Below are positions 12,240 to 29,230 of a DNA stretch of 64,000 nt, one piece after another; the stretch's first letter is position 1; each line of letters starts with the position of its first letter. This DNA comes from Chrysomallon squamiferum (Eukaryota > Animalia > Mollusca). The notes below the pieces were generated by a model. It was not told where the DNA came from. It made no database searches and was given only the letters and a program-made list of their open reading frames with translations. The position numbers and the translations under genes are program-made. The stretch lies in contig CM022673.1 of assembly GCA_012295275.1 (NCBI GenBank), positions 5,022,001 to 5,086,000 of the forward strand. Reading direction: 5' to 3'.

Positions 12240-15200
12240 TCAGTGCACATTTAAAAAATTATCAGTTTCAATTTGTTCAGCAAGACTGTTTAGGTTATAT
12301 TCTTTTAAGGCTTCTATCAATTTTTCTTTGGTTGCTGAACTGCCGTTCTTTTGCTGCCAGTATAGCAACATACTGTGTATTTGCGTTTCCAAGTTCCCAG
12401 GATGTTCACACTTGCATTTATCAATGTAATTTTTCTCCATCCCAAGGTGATAGCCAAACATCTCCCAGTCATTTCCAAGATTCCTTGATATAAAATTTAT
12501 AATACGCTGCATTTCATCTGTAATTATAAAAAGAAAGTAAAAATGTTTAAAATACCTTTGCTCATATTTCTTGTTGTACTGTTCTTTTAACATAATAACA
12601 ATATAATTACGTTATTAATGTTATTTATAGCAAGCAAAGAGTCTTATTTTTATTTATTTAATGTAGTTTTATTTGCACATTTATTCAATCATCAGTCATG
12701 ATGTATTTGAAGGAAAAACATAAATGATAAGCTTTTCATCATATACTAAATAAATTAGAGTAATGTTTTGAACACAGACATACTACTAATGTATATATTA
12801 CTAACAAAGTACATATCAGCAAATTGTAAATTCATGATTGATTTTGCACTGATATCTTATCTGACAAATATTTGCAATTTTACTGGACTGTTAATGCCAA
12901 TCAGAATAATTTCGAAATCGGACACTGTCTGCAAGTAATAAATAGTAGTATTTCGATAGGAATATCTCTGTCCATTAGAAAATTCTGTGCCCTAAAGAAA
13001 GAACCAACAGGAATTCTCATGTTTCCAAACTATTTCACATAAACACATATAAAGAAATTTACCTTTTTGTTGTCATTGGATAATGGTGTGAAATTATTTA
13101 GATTCAGTTATATAAAATTAATATATTGTAAGTATCTTTAGACTTACATTTTGATGGATCATCTAATGGTAGGGCAGACATTGAAACGCTTGAAGTTAAA
13201 TGAGACCTGCACATTTGGAACAATTCAGGAAGTGATTGTGAGTGACTCATTGGTACTGTATAAACCTGCTTTGAAGTATATTCCATAGAACCCTCAGCAG
13301 TTGTCAGTCGCAATATACCAGTGTTTTTTAACACTACATTTCCTGATGAATTGGAAGGAGTATGACTGTCACTGATATCAAAGGTATTCATTTGATGCCT
13401 GCTTGGGCTTGTACAAATGACATTTTCTGATTTCCTTTCAACAGGGGAGGAAGTGTCTGACATTGTTTGCTCGTGTTCAGACAGGTCAGGCAGCCGATGG
13501 GGTGGGTGTAAATGAGGAGAAACTCCACTGGACACAGTATTTTGGGGTTCATTTTTCCTTTCAACAGCCTCAGTCGAACGAGAGAATGAGCTTTCTGTTT
13601 CAGTCGTCATACTGTCTTCCTCACACTGGTCAGGCAACTGCTGATGGTGATGAGGTACATCAGAAATTATTCTCTTATCGAGTTTTCTTTCTACCAGATG
13701 TATTCCTCTTGTGATAATTTGTTCATGTTGTTTATAAAAACCTGGTAATTTGTTCTTTTCTGGAATACCTGAAGTGAAAAAGAATTAAAGTATTAGATTC
13801 ATTGTTTGGATTCTACTTTATTATTGTTTAGAATCATTTATATTAGATGTAGCTAATGATTTAACAAACATGTAATGATGAACGCAAAATAAATAATAAT
13901 AACAACACTATCCTAAAAGACAAATATCTGCAATTCACAAAAGAACAGATTTTAAGAAGATGAAATCTTTAAATGTATTATTTACCTAGGGCTACTGGAT
14001 AAAGTTTTCCTTCATATTTAATGACTGCCTCATCAGAGTGAGCCTTGCCATTCTTGTCAGTAAAAATTGTTCTAAAAATTCCTTGTGCATTGTATCTTTC
14101 ACTGTGTGGTGACTTGCATACAATAAGTGTGTCAGAATCCTTCACTCCAACTTCATCAAGTATCTCATCATTGTTCAAAGACCTTCCTTTAAAAATAATG
14201 TTCATTTCAAAAACATCCATTGAAAACATTTTACTCAAAAAATGTTTCACTTGCAAAATGTTTGTTTTGTGTGGATCATCAATAATAATGCTCTTCAATG
14301 CCTGGCCAGAACATTTAATATAAATTTTTGCTCGATTTTCATAAACATTTATCTCTATCTGCTGATCTTCTCTTATGTGATATTCTGCCAGTATTTTGTC
14401 ATCTTCCATCTGTGCTCCTGAATACGTCATTTCCAACTGAAATGCTTTATGTCCAACAGATGATGCTAAATATTGTCTCAACTGAAAGACTTTCTCATAT
14501 TTGAACATGTCAATGTTTTTGTCAACTGTCCTACCATCTGGTAACATCATAACAATCTTGAATGTTTTTTTGGCTAATGAAGTAACATGTATTTCACGGT
14601 TTGTTGTGAAAGTATTCAGAGAAGCTATGTTGTCAACATCCAATATTTTCTTATCATCTACTTTAAGTTTCAGTGAACTCGGAGGTTTTTTCAAATACTT
14701 TCCAATCTGATGCCGTAGTTCTTCTGTTGATACATTATGCTCTGTTAAGATCACAATTTTAACTCTTTTGTTTGTATCAATAACAACAACAGGTATACTG
14801 TATTCTCTTTTTATCTGAATGGTGATATTTTCCTTAATACATAGTTGGCTTTCCAAACCGTTCATAAGTATTGTTTCAGGTGAAAACAGAAAATCGTCGT
14901 CCTCAAATATGTGAGTATGATGGCTGAAGAAAAGCTCACCATTACTGTCAGGAAAATCTGTAGCAAAGTTACAGAGAAACTTTTCTTTAATTTCTTTAAA
15001 TGTGTCTGTATTTGTACACTCTATATCGTACAACACTTCCTTGTTCGGTGCTACATGATAGTGGAATTTCAAAACCACTGACTGCTGTACGATGACTGTG
15101 CATGCACAAAGATTGTTTAAACTCATCTCAGTAACCTTTATTTCTGAACCTTTAACTATTTTTTTTCTGATAAGCAAGCATATTTTTTCTTTAATGTTTG

Positions 15201-16118
15201 TTTTCATTTTATTTCTAATAGCTTGAATGAGCATGTTCACTGTTAAACTGTCATCTATTCTCATGCAGTACAAATGATTTATTGCAAGAAATTCATTTTT
15301 TTCACCCACCTTTGTGATCACAGCCTTTTTATTCACTGTTTCACAATTAGTAATTATACAGGTCTCCGATACTTTATATTTTTCACTCAAATGCTTTTTA
15401 ATATCCTTACTGTGTTGAAAAGAAATGCTTTCAGACTGGATTAAGTCTAAAAAAGAACTTGTGCGATGGTCAAATACTTTGACTGAAGATTCTCCCGGAG
15501 ACTGAAAAATAATAATTGTAATTAGTGGTACATTTCATTCTTTGTAACTTACAACAGTTTATAACATTTTTATTCTCCAATGAAAAAAACAAAAACAAAA
15601 CAAAAAATTTATAATTCAAATAATAAATAAATAAATAAAAGCAACTGTATGAAATTTAAAATAAAACTGTTTTATTTTATTGCTCAAGATTATTATTTAT
15701 CTTTGCTTGTTTTTTTTTTTTTTGATTTTTTTGTTGGTTTTTTTTTTTTCAAATATTTCATACTAGCTCAAAATATCCTAACATACAAATGATATTATAT
15801 TTGAAAAATTCTTAAATGTTGCATTCTATGAATTGAAATTCTGATTTCAAATATGATGACAATTACTTTTACATATTAAACTTAAATTTGAGTGGAGAAA
15901 TATTCAAATTTTTTAATTTAAAAAAAAAAATGTTCATATATTTATTTCTTTTAAATAAAAAAATTTAAATAAATTTATTTTAACACTGATTTGGAATTAT
16001 TTTAACATACCATATTCTGCATTATCTCTTGCACAGGAATTGGAGTTTCACTGTCACTTCCATAGAATTCATTATGTTGAGAAATAATGGATTTAAATTC
16101 ATCAGCCTTTGCCATCAT
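12240..16118 (-). CDS. Poly-ubiquitin-like-domain + C-terminal death-domain protein, paralog B; exons 16118-16011, 15501-13986, 13768-13148, 12517-12240
   Basis: Same four-exon layout as paralog A. Ubl motifs (KVFQLRQYLASSVGHKAFQLEMTYSGAQMEDDKILAEYHIREDQQIEI; MNIIFKGRSLNNDEILDEVGVKDSDTLIV) and a death domain (ISRNLGNDWEMFGYHLGM...QIHSMLLYWQQKNGSSATKEKLIEALKEYNLNSLAEQI). Splice phases 0/1/1 are consistent. Confidence 0.87.
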
Positions 16119-17626
16119 TGGTTTTTAATATCAGATTTGAGAAACTGTAAATAAAGTGACTTTTTAAATGTCTAAGTAAAATAACAATTTCTTTATGTTA
16201 AAAAAAAAAAATAGGTAGTAAAACTAATACTACTTATAACAAGTAAATTAATTTAAAAAATAAAATTAATAATAATAAAAAAAATAATAATAATAAGCTT
16301 TCACAGAGATTTAAAAAAAAAAAAGAAATATATTAATGAATTGTTTCATTTTCAACATTATAAGTCAGCAATAATAATATATTTTACATACATTTTTCAA
16401 TCATGTAGTTTACGCACACCAAATCAAAATATATATACATATAAAAAGTAATAATTACAATTCAGATAAATAATTATAATTTTTGTAATAATAATGTTAA
16501 CAACCCAATGCACATGTATGTTTCTACTTGGATATCAGTTTCTCACTGAATATTAAATGTTGTTTTTGAAATAAGAAATATGCAATTGTTTCTGAATGCT
16601 CTAATATATTTTATTATTATTTTCCACTCACTTTTAATAGATTCTCACTGGAACTGCAGTCAATGAAGAAATATAAACTTGTGGATTTTTTTCTTCATTT
16701 CTTATTTATGATTTTATTTTCTAATGTTTATATACATACACATAAAATGATGATCCCTAAAAACAGTAAACGATAATTTCAAACACAGTAAACAAATGAA
16801 TAAATTAATTAGATGTCAAAATAACATATTTGCTAAACACACACACACACACGTGTATTTCTAATGAAATAAGCTTAAAGAGTACAATTTAACCTGTCTG
16901 TTGCATAAATAACAGTAATACACTATAACAAATTCAGTAATTATGTCCCATGGATGCCATTATTCTAAACTTATTTTGTTATTTTTCAAAATAAACATCG
17001 ATATAATGATTCCAAAAATAATTGATCATTTGTATTTTTATTCTTTTAGGGAAAAACCTACATTCTGAAAATAGTACCTTACGCAACTGCCGACTTTTGT
17101 ATTATTATTAAACAGAAAAATAACCCAAAAAGGTAGCAGAAAGTTGTGCAGTTTTTTCTTCACCACAGTTCTAACATGCTCACTTTGTACGAAGGCGATG
17201 AACGAATGAAGACCACACTGAATTTGTCATGCCTTTAAATCCTTCCGTAATTAATTTTTGAATTAGTTCCGGTAACAGCTCTTTGCGTGCCCTTCAGCAG
17301 TTCCAGTTCCTTTTTAATCACCGTAAATGGAAAACAAAAAAAAAAAAGTAGAAGAAATTAATCGTATCAAATTTATTATTCTCGAATGTCGTGTATCACA
17401 CAAAATGGCTGATTGAAATGAATATTCACACAACTTTGAAAACGTGTTCGGATAACCGATGTTTGACTGTACGTCCTAAATCGAAGAAAATTAGTCAAAA
17501 CCGATATTATTTTTAATTTGAAAGTATGTAATCACATTAGCTGAAGTAAACAATAAGGAAATCAGTTATCCAATCCTTTATTTGTTTCTCTTTAAGCGAT
17601 AACTAGGGAGGGAAACGATCCCCACC

Positions 17627-17669
17627 AAAAATCCCCAACAAAAAAAAACCCCGCCCTACTTTCAGTTTC
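17627..17669 (-). promoter_or_regulatory. Clustered kB-like site, GC box and ISRE-like site upstream of paralog B
   Basis: On the minus strand: GGGGATTTTT (17627-17636), GGGCGGGG (17649-17656) and GAAACTGAAAGT (17658-17669) within ~45 bp. Motif match only. Confidence 0.45.
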
Positions 17670-17947
17670 TCGTTAACGCGGTATTTTTTCTTTTAAATTC
17701 CACGAATTTGTAAGGGGACTAAACTCTTACCAGACAAGACTTCATATTTTTCTAAAGTATGTCAGGTTCTCGAAGCTTCGTTTAGATCAGTCACGTGTGC
17801 TACTCCATGACATATAAACGGTTGTAAACAGTGTAAACTTCAACATGGATTTATACGAGTAATTCGATGATTTAATTGTGCGTCCTAAGATTCCAGTGGG
17901 GGGGGGAACTAAGAAACAAAAAGAAGAAGAAGAAGAAGAAAATATAC

Positions 17948-17983
<36 letters not shown>

Positions 17984-18031
17984 GTGTGTGTGTGTGTGTG
18001 TGTGTGCCTATATTTTGTGTGTGTGTGTATG

Positions 18032-18147
<116 letters not shown>

Positions 18148-18299
18148 ATTAATTAATCAATCAATTAATTAAAATAAATAAATAACTGCTACATCTATCG
18201 TCATTTAACAAGTAAAGATCAAAAGAAAACCCAGTAAAAAGAAAATATTATTCTCTTTGAAAGCAAAGATAAAGACATGGATCGGCCTTAATTTTTGTT

Positions 18300-18335
<36 letters not shown>

Positions 18336-18692
18336 GAGAGAGAGAGAGAGAAACTAAATAAACACTAAATACAGACATGCTGTAGAGACTGATGCAGTGA
18401 TCTGATCTCTTAATAAGATAAAATTGAATTTTAAATGCTAAGCACTCCGCCATAGGACGCGGGGGAGGGTGAGACGAGCACAAAGCAAGAAACAGGTGTT
18501 AATTCTTACCTTTGTGTAAAATGTCGGGCAAATCAGTCTCTGTTAAAACTAAAACTATATTAATACAGAGGTTATGGAAGCAGCCACTGATTAGTATTCA
18601 AAATTAAATGATTCGGTTTTTTGTATTTATTTTTCACAGCCGCGTTCCCTATTAATACCTGCATTAGATAATATATTGCTAAAATGAGATTA

Positions 18693-18741
<49 letters not shown>

Positions 18742-18974
18742 TATTCATATTTATATTTTTGAATGTGTCTATATCTATATATGTGTGTCTATATATTTGT
18801 GTTTATATGTATATATATTTATTTATTTATTTATTTATATTTAAAAATCTAATTGTTAAATAAATCATATAATTCTGATAAGAATGTGGATATATTTTTT
18901 AATGTTAAATAGAATATAATATAATAAAGTTATTAATATGATATGCTGAAGCATCATCATCATTATTATCATTT

Positions 18975-19008
<34 letters not shown>

Positions 19009-19370
19009 TTTATTGTAAAACCTTTAAAGCAGAATGATCTGTTTTCATTAAATTTGTCACAAGAATTTTGTTGTAATACGGAATAAATATGATTAAATCA
19101 ATACAAAATATATTTGGTTATTTTAAAACTTTATTTGTAAAATTAATCATAAACATATAATACTTTGTAGGAAATAAAGATTGACTTTATAGGGGTTTTT
19201 TTTTTTGAAACATTATTGTTTTTTTTTTTATTTTTTTATTTTTTTAGGGTGGTGGTCGGGAAAAAGCCTTTTTTCTTCTTCTTTCTTTTTTTTTTTTATT
19301 TTTTTTTGTTTAATAGAATTATTATTGAGTTCTGCTAATAAAAGCACAATTTTAATTATTATTATTATTA

Positions 19371-19403
<33 letters not shown>

Positions 19404-19529
19404 TTTTTTTTTTTTTTTTTTATTTATTTATTTATTTATTATTATTTTATTTTTTTTATTTTTTTTTTTTATTTTTTTATTTATTATTATTTTTTTTTTT
19501 AACCAGTGTCAGTTTACAGGAAACATCTT

Positions 19530-22863
<3,334 letters not shown>

Positions 22864-22975
22864 GATTGGTCGATTTTCGGGTCGAGTTTCGCCGATGCTA
22901 ACTTACTGTCGTTTTCTCACCCTGGCCGTAACGTGGTAGCAGCGAGAAGTGAAGATATGAAAACGGTTTTGCTGT

Positions 22976-23040
22976 GTATATATGTATATATCGTTCGAAT
23001 CTTCCATGGTTACGCCTGCTTAGGTAGTTGTCATGGAAGC
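22976..23040 (-). promoter_or_regulatory. Tubulin promoter: TATA-like element and two X-box (RFX)-like motifs
   Basis: TATATA at ~22977-22990; GTAACCATGGAAGA (minus, 23000-23013) and GTTGTCATGGAAGC (23027-23040). Confidence 0.5.
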
Positions 23041-24446
23041 TAGTGTTTGTTTAGAAGATGTTTCAAATGGATGAGTTTTATCACTGAGTTCCTCGGTCGT
23101 CGTGGAGCGTCAAATAGAATTCGTTCTGTCTCTCGTCACTTTGACGACAGCACAATCTGCTGACGATGAGTATTGATAAACAAGTCTCGAACAGGTTCTT
23201 TTAGAAAAAAATATATTTATCATTTGACTTTGTATGAAGTCAGAATATTCTGGACCGTCTCAAAGATTTTTTTTTTTTTTTTTTTTTTTTGATTCAACCA
23301 TGAGAAAGAGTGGAAATGAAACGACAAATTTATTTAATTGTTTGTTTGTTTGCTTATTTGTTTTAATTTAATGTAATGTAATGTAATTTAATTTTATTTT
23401 ATTTCATTTGTTTATTAGTATTTGTTGTTAATTTAAAAAATATAATAATAACAGAGAGAGAAAACTAAGAGAATCAGCAAAATAGAAAAAGAAAAATGGA
23501 CTCAAAATAAAGCAGAAAAATAAAAAACAATAACAAAAAATGTTACCAATCTCAATAAATCAGACTCTTAACAATAAAAACATTTAGTTTTTAGTGCTGG
23601 ATTAACTATTAATTAAAATAAGTATTATAGGAAAAAATATAAAATATAAAACTCTATTCCGATAGAAACATTATCCACTGAATTAATTCGTGTATGTCTA
23701 CGGTTAACGTTTGAAGTCTACCAGCATCTATTCGATGAAAGACACAACTGACCTCGAAGACACCTGACATCAAACAGATTTATCGAACACCTGATGATTT
23801 AAGGCATGCAACATCCTTTTCACTCGTTTCAGTCTTGGCCCGGTTCCTTGCCCTGATGCAGTGAGTTTTGTTATTTAGCATCACGACAGCACTCAAGTTA
23901 TTTCTCTAAACAAACTGACCCCCGACCAATTTGTTTTGCCACCCTCCGCTCGGCGATGAATTGTTTTTGCCTCATTTCAAAAACTGTCTAGCTATGGTGG
24001 TATGGCATTAATACTTGGGAAACATTAACAACATTTAGAATTTGTTCAATGTCACACGGTCCATTGTTTGTCATGTCTTGGTTTTGTCTTAGCGATTTTG
24101 GCTGTACGGTTCGCTTAATGTTCTTAAACATAATATTTCATTAACTGTAATAATCTAAAAACAAATTCTGTTTTCAGGATCATCACACAAAAATATAGCT
24201 TACAAGCGGATGGTTTCCTGGTATTTTTGATGGAACATGGCTTCTGAGACCAAATTGTATATTGGAGTTACGGCGGTGACACAGTGAAAATAAACGTCAT
24301 TAAATAAAAGAATGAAGGATGAACATTTTTCAATTCAACATTTTTAAAAAGTACTCCTATTTGCGATTTTTTTATTTTTTTTATTTTTTTTTTATTTAAA
24401 AACATACGAGTAATGAAGATCGAAATCACAACTGTTCTAGATAAAG

Positions 24447-24544
<98 letters not shown>

Positions 24545-24545
<1 letters not shown>

Positions 24546-24690
24546 TTCGAATGCGATTAGTTGCGAATTGTTTTTCATATACACCCTTCTGCTGACAGGA
24601 AAACACATACCACCGAGTTCGATCAAGAAAACACATGAATTGATCTCTTGATCTGTCGTGCGTTCCACCACTGAATTGTAGCCCGCCTCC
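24545..24690 (-). mobile_element. Degraded tRNA-derived SINE relic followed by (GA)n
   Basis: The minus strand begins GGCGGGCTACAATTCAGTGGTGGAACGC (tRNA/A-box-like head) and later reads GGTATGTGTTTTCCTGTC...GTGTATATGAAA...CTAATCG, which resembles from memory the conserved body of gastropod SINEs. Not verified by search. Confidence 0.45.
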
Positions 24691-25084
24691 ATCAAACTGT
24701 CATTATTCTCCAAAATAACAATTCAATTGATTTTTTATTTCTCGTATGCTGTTATAAATATTTTATCATTGTTCATACTGCCTTCCTTTTGAAAGTTGAT
24801 AAAATAACTATAGGAAAATATATTAAAAATAAAATAATAATAATAATAATAATAAGGCTCCTTTTATTTAAAACTAAATTACAAGGATAATCATCATTAC
24901 AAATAATTAAATAACGACAAAGACAACGACAACAACAACAACAACAACAACAATAATAATAATAATAATAATTGTTACAAATACTAAATAATACGCAACA
25001 GATAATAATAACAGTGTTTACAGATACTAAATAATAAGGAACATAAGAATACCTATTTAAAAAACTAAATAATAAGGAATTTAA

Positions 25085-25171
25085 TAATAATAATAATAAT
25101 AATAGTAATAACGGGAAAAAAAAACAACAACAATAATAATAATAATAATAATAACAGGGGAAAAAATAAAC

Positions 25172-25204
<33 letters not shown>

Positions 25205-25232
25205 GGGGGAAAAAATAAACAATAATAATAAT
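25085..25232. repeat. Minisatellite: three units of (AAT)n-AAC(A)GGG(G)AAAAAA-AAAC
   Basis: Directly visible at ~25108, ~25150 and ~25200. Confidence 0.7.
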
Positions 25233-26276
25233 GGGAAGAAGAAGTAGAAAAAAGAAACACCATCTAAAACAGTTTATGTAATTAACATACAAGATCTGTG
25301 TTTTGCGACCAATGTCAGTATGACATTTCATACGTATAGATTTTTTTTACACTGTTTAGTTTTTATGTATTTATAAACACTGCAATATTTACAGGAGCCT
25401 TCCAACCTGTCGCCAGATACGAGAGTCTGAAAAGTAACAACTGAATGAAAGTACAACCAAAGATATTCGATTGCTTCTGAATAATAAATTATCTGACGCA
25501 GTTATTTAAATATTGATATGACTGTAAACACAGCATTACTGTGCAAGGGAATAAAAGACTGTGATGAAAACGGGGTGCCGGTTTGAAAGTTCGTGAATCT
25601 CTTAAAATACATATTTGTTTACGAGAAAATCATTGTTCGTTTAATAATTGTTTTTGTCCTTCTGCGCGCTCAGGTAAATAGAAGTACAAAAGAAAATGGA
25701 CAAGAAAATTGATCACGATTTATAGACCTAATCAATACAGCCGACAGATTCATAAACCTACCTGTGAAAGACAGATGAAGTTATAAGCAATACGTGTATT
25801 CTTTTGTTCTTACATTTTTTTTCATTTATTATTTTATTTTGAAAATTTATTGACATTTGCAACATGAATTGTTTATAGTTACGGTAAATTAACGATTCTA
25901 TAAGTAAACAAATATACTGATTTTAATTACTTTCTGTTCCATATCACTCAGAAAAAACCTACACTACATACAACCAGTGACGTGCAAAAAGGTGGGGAGA
26001 GGGCACCCGTCCCAGACATCCATTTTAGGTGGGTGGGGGCATCCATTCAAAGATGAAACCGATTTAACTTCTTTTTCTTTTTTTTTAAAATTTGAATTAT
26101 TCCTGTTCACCGTTTCAATCGCAAGATACGAAAAATCATTTTCAAAGCTAAAATTAATAATAAAAAAAACATATCTGAAGTTTTAAAGTCACAAGAGATA
26201 CCAACTATATTTGGTTTAACCAGCACTGAAAAAATAATTCCTCTCGGTTCTTGTAAATGATCACATGATCAACAAA

Positions 26277-26849
26277 ATGGCGGCGTCCAAAGGTTACGGA
26301 AGCGACGTGGAAATGATGGACGGGGCACAGATTTTAGCAAAAGCTTTAAAAACCCAGGTTCTAAGATACTCTTTCTGAATGATTTTTATTCAGTTATAGT
26401 TGAATATGATCAATCGATGTTTCCGATGTTAATGTCCTTTTGTGGATGCATTTATCAAATTTTATGTGATTGTTTCTGAGTTTCTCTGGAAATAAATAAT
26501 AAAATATTAAGATAATAATAATGAAGAAAATTACAAAGCAGTTTATTAACTTCAGACGACCTTTACAACTACTATTGATTTTAGCTACAACATTATTTAC
26601 AGACTTCATACGTTTATGAATTACTTACGCTGATAAACAATATGTACGTTTTCAGGGTATAGAATATATGTTTGGAATTGTTGGTGTACCAGTAACTGAG
26701 GTTGCTTTAGCAGCTCAAGCGGAAGGAATCAAATTCATCGCCATGAGAAATGAGCAGGCAGTAAGATATTAATATTATTAAAAGTTTATGCTTACAATAT
26801 TTTGGTTTTTAATAAAGATATATTTACTTTCAAACCGAAATTCAGTTGA

Positions 26850-26899
<50 letters not shown>

Positions 26900-29105
26900 C
26901 AACATCATTGTCAATTTTTTTATTTATATATATTTATTTGTTTGTTTACTTTTTACTTTTTTTTTAAATTTAATTTTATTTGTTATAATGTTATAGTTTT
27001 ATTTATTTATATACTTTTATTAATTATAATTTTATTTTCAAATAATTATTTATTTAACAATTTATTATTTAATTATGTTAATTTTTATATCCTATATGCA
27101 TATATACATATCTGTACACATACATATTATTATTTTTTAACTTATTTTGTTTATTCATTTCTATTTTATTTATTTTATTTCATTTGATTTATTGCTAAAT
27201 ACATAAGTGTTAAATTACAATTTTTTTTTTTTTTTTTTTTTTTTGAATCAGGCTTCTTATGCTGCTTCTGCTATTGGATATCTTACTGGCCGGTAAATAA
27301 AACACATTTATTACTTTTTTTTATAATTAATATTATTATAATCTGTTTGATTAAAATAATTATTATAAAAAGTGGGGTTTTTTAAAATCCCTTCTTCTAT
27401 TTAAGGATATTAAAAAAAAAAAAAATAATAATAATAATTCATGAGTAGATCATATTATTTTCAGTTTGAAAAATTATTACTAAAGTAGGGTTATTATTTC
27501 CATTAATTTTTAATTTTTAAATTTCAGCCCAGCCGTCTGCTTAGTTGTGTCTGGTCCTGGCTTGGTTCACGCATTTGCTGGTATGGCTAATGCTATGGAG
27601 AACTGCTGGTATGTATTTGTAAATAACAGGTCTTTAGCCTTGATCTCTGTCATGAAGATAAACTATACCAACATTTAGTCTGTAATATGGATGACACCAA
27701 ATTGAGCTTTTTTTTTTTCAGGAAAGAAGGAATGAATATATTCCAGTACAACCACTTAGAATATCTCTAACAACACCACCACCACCACCACCACTTCCAT
27801 CACTTCTGTTTACTACTACTAATATTAGTACTGCAACGTAACTTTCTACAGCTACTACCACTATTACCACTACTATTATATATACTACCACTACTTCTAT
27901 TGCTGTTGCTATGTAGTTACTATTACTAGTGCAACAACTCTTTATATATAATTTTTATTTTTTATTGCTTTCATTGTTTTTGTTTGTCTAAGGGAGATAA
28001 TTGTAACATCTGATTTGCTTTAGGCCACTTGTTGTGATTGGTGGATCATGTGACAGAGAACATGAATCAATGGGAGGCTTTCAAGAATATCCTCAGGTGA
28101 GTTTCAGTTACTGTATTTGTTTATGAATACATCTTTTTATTGTTCATGAATGTCCATTTAAAATATTTTTAATTTTTTTTTTTTTTAAACCCAGAAATAC
28201 AATCAAAACAACAACAACAAAAACATTACAGCATCAGTACTGTTGTTTGAACCTTTCTTCTAATTGTGTTTGTTGTTGTTGTTGTTATTATTATTATTGT
28301 TTTGTTATTATTATTGTTATTGTTATTAATATAATTATTATTATTATTATTATGATTATGATTATTGAAAACAATTTAATGAAACTGCAATTAGAGTTAA
28401 TTTCTTTAAAATGTAAATTATTTATTTTTAAAATTGATTATTTTGCAGTCTAAAATGATGGTAAACAGGTAAAAACTTTTTGAGGTATAATTTGCAAAGC
28501 TTATATTTGTATATAAATTAATGAAAAAGTTAGATTCTTTTATTTTATTATTATTTTCTTTTTAGGTGACATTTGCTCAGAATTTTAGCAAATTTTCCAC
28601 AAGACCCAGCAACACGCAGAACATTCCTTTCTTCATAGAAAAGGTGAAAACTTTTGAATGAACATTGTTTTAAAACTTTTAAAATAGATATTATTTTAAA
28701 ACTTTTTTTCAGACAGTTTTGGCAATTCAACAAACAATCTTTAACAGTTTTAACACATATGACCTTTTGCATTGAATCTGGCATTGAATAAAAAATTAAA
28801 TCATTTTGTTTTTGTACATGTATTTGGTTTCATAAAATATTGATATTTTGTGTTGCCATGACTGAATTTGATTTATTCGAGTCAATAAATTTGCTGATAT
28901 TGTATGTGCTTATCAGTGTATTAGTTTGTGTTGTGTGTAGTTTAAGCTGGCTTGTTCAGACAACTCAGTTTTATTTTCAGGCTGTTCGACAAAGCATTTA
29001 TGGACGACCTGGTGTTAGTTATATTGATCTCAGTGCAGACATGATATCCGAGACAGTGCCTGTCACTTCTATTAGGTATTTTTAGTTTTCTAAATTTTGG
29101 TGTGG

Positions 29106-29141
<36 letters not shown>

Positions 29142-29186
29142 TTATTTTTATTTTTATTTTTTATTATTACATTATTATTAAATCTT

Positions 29187-29230
<44 letters not shown>

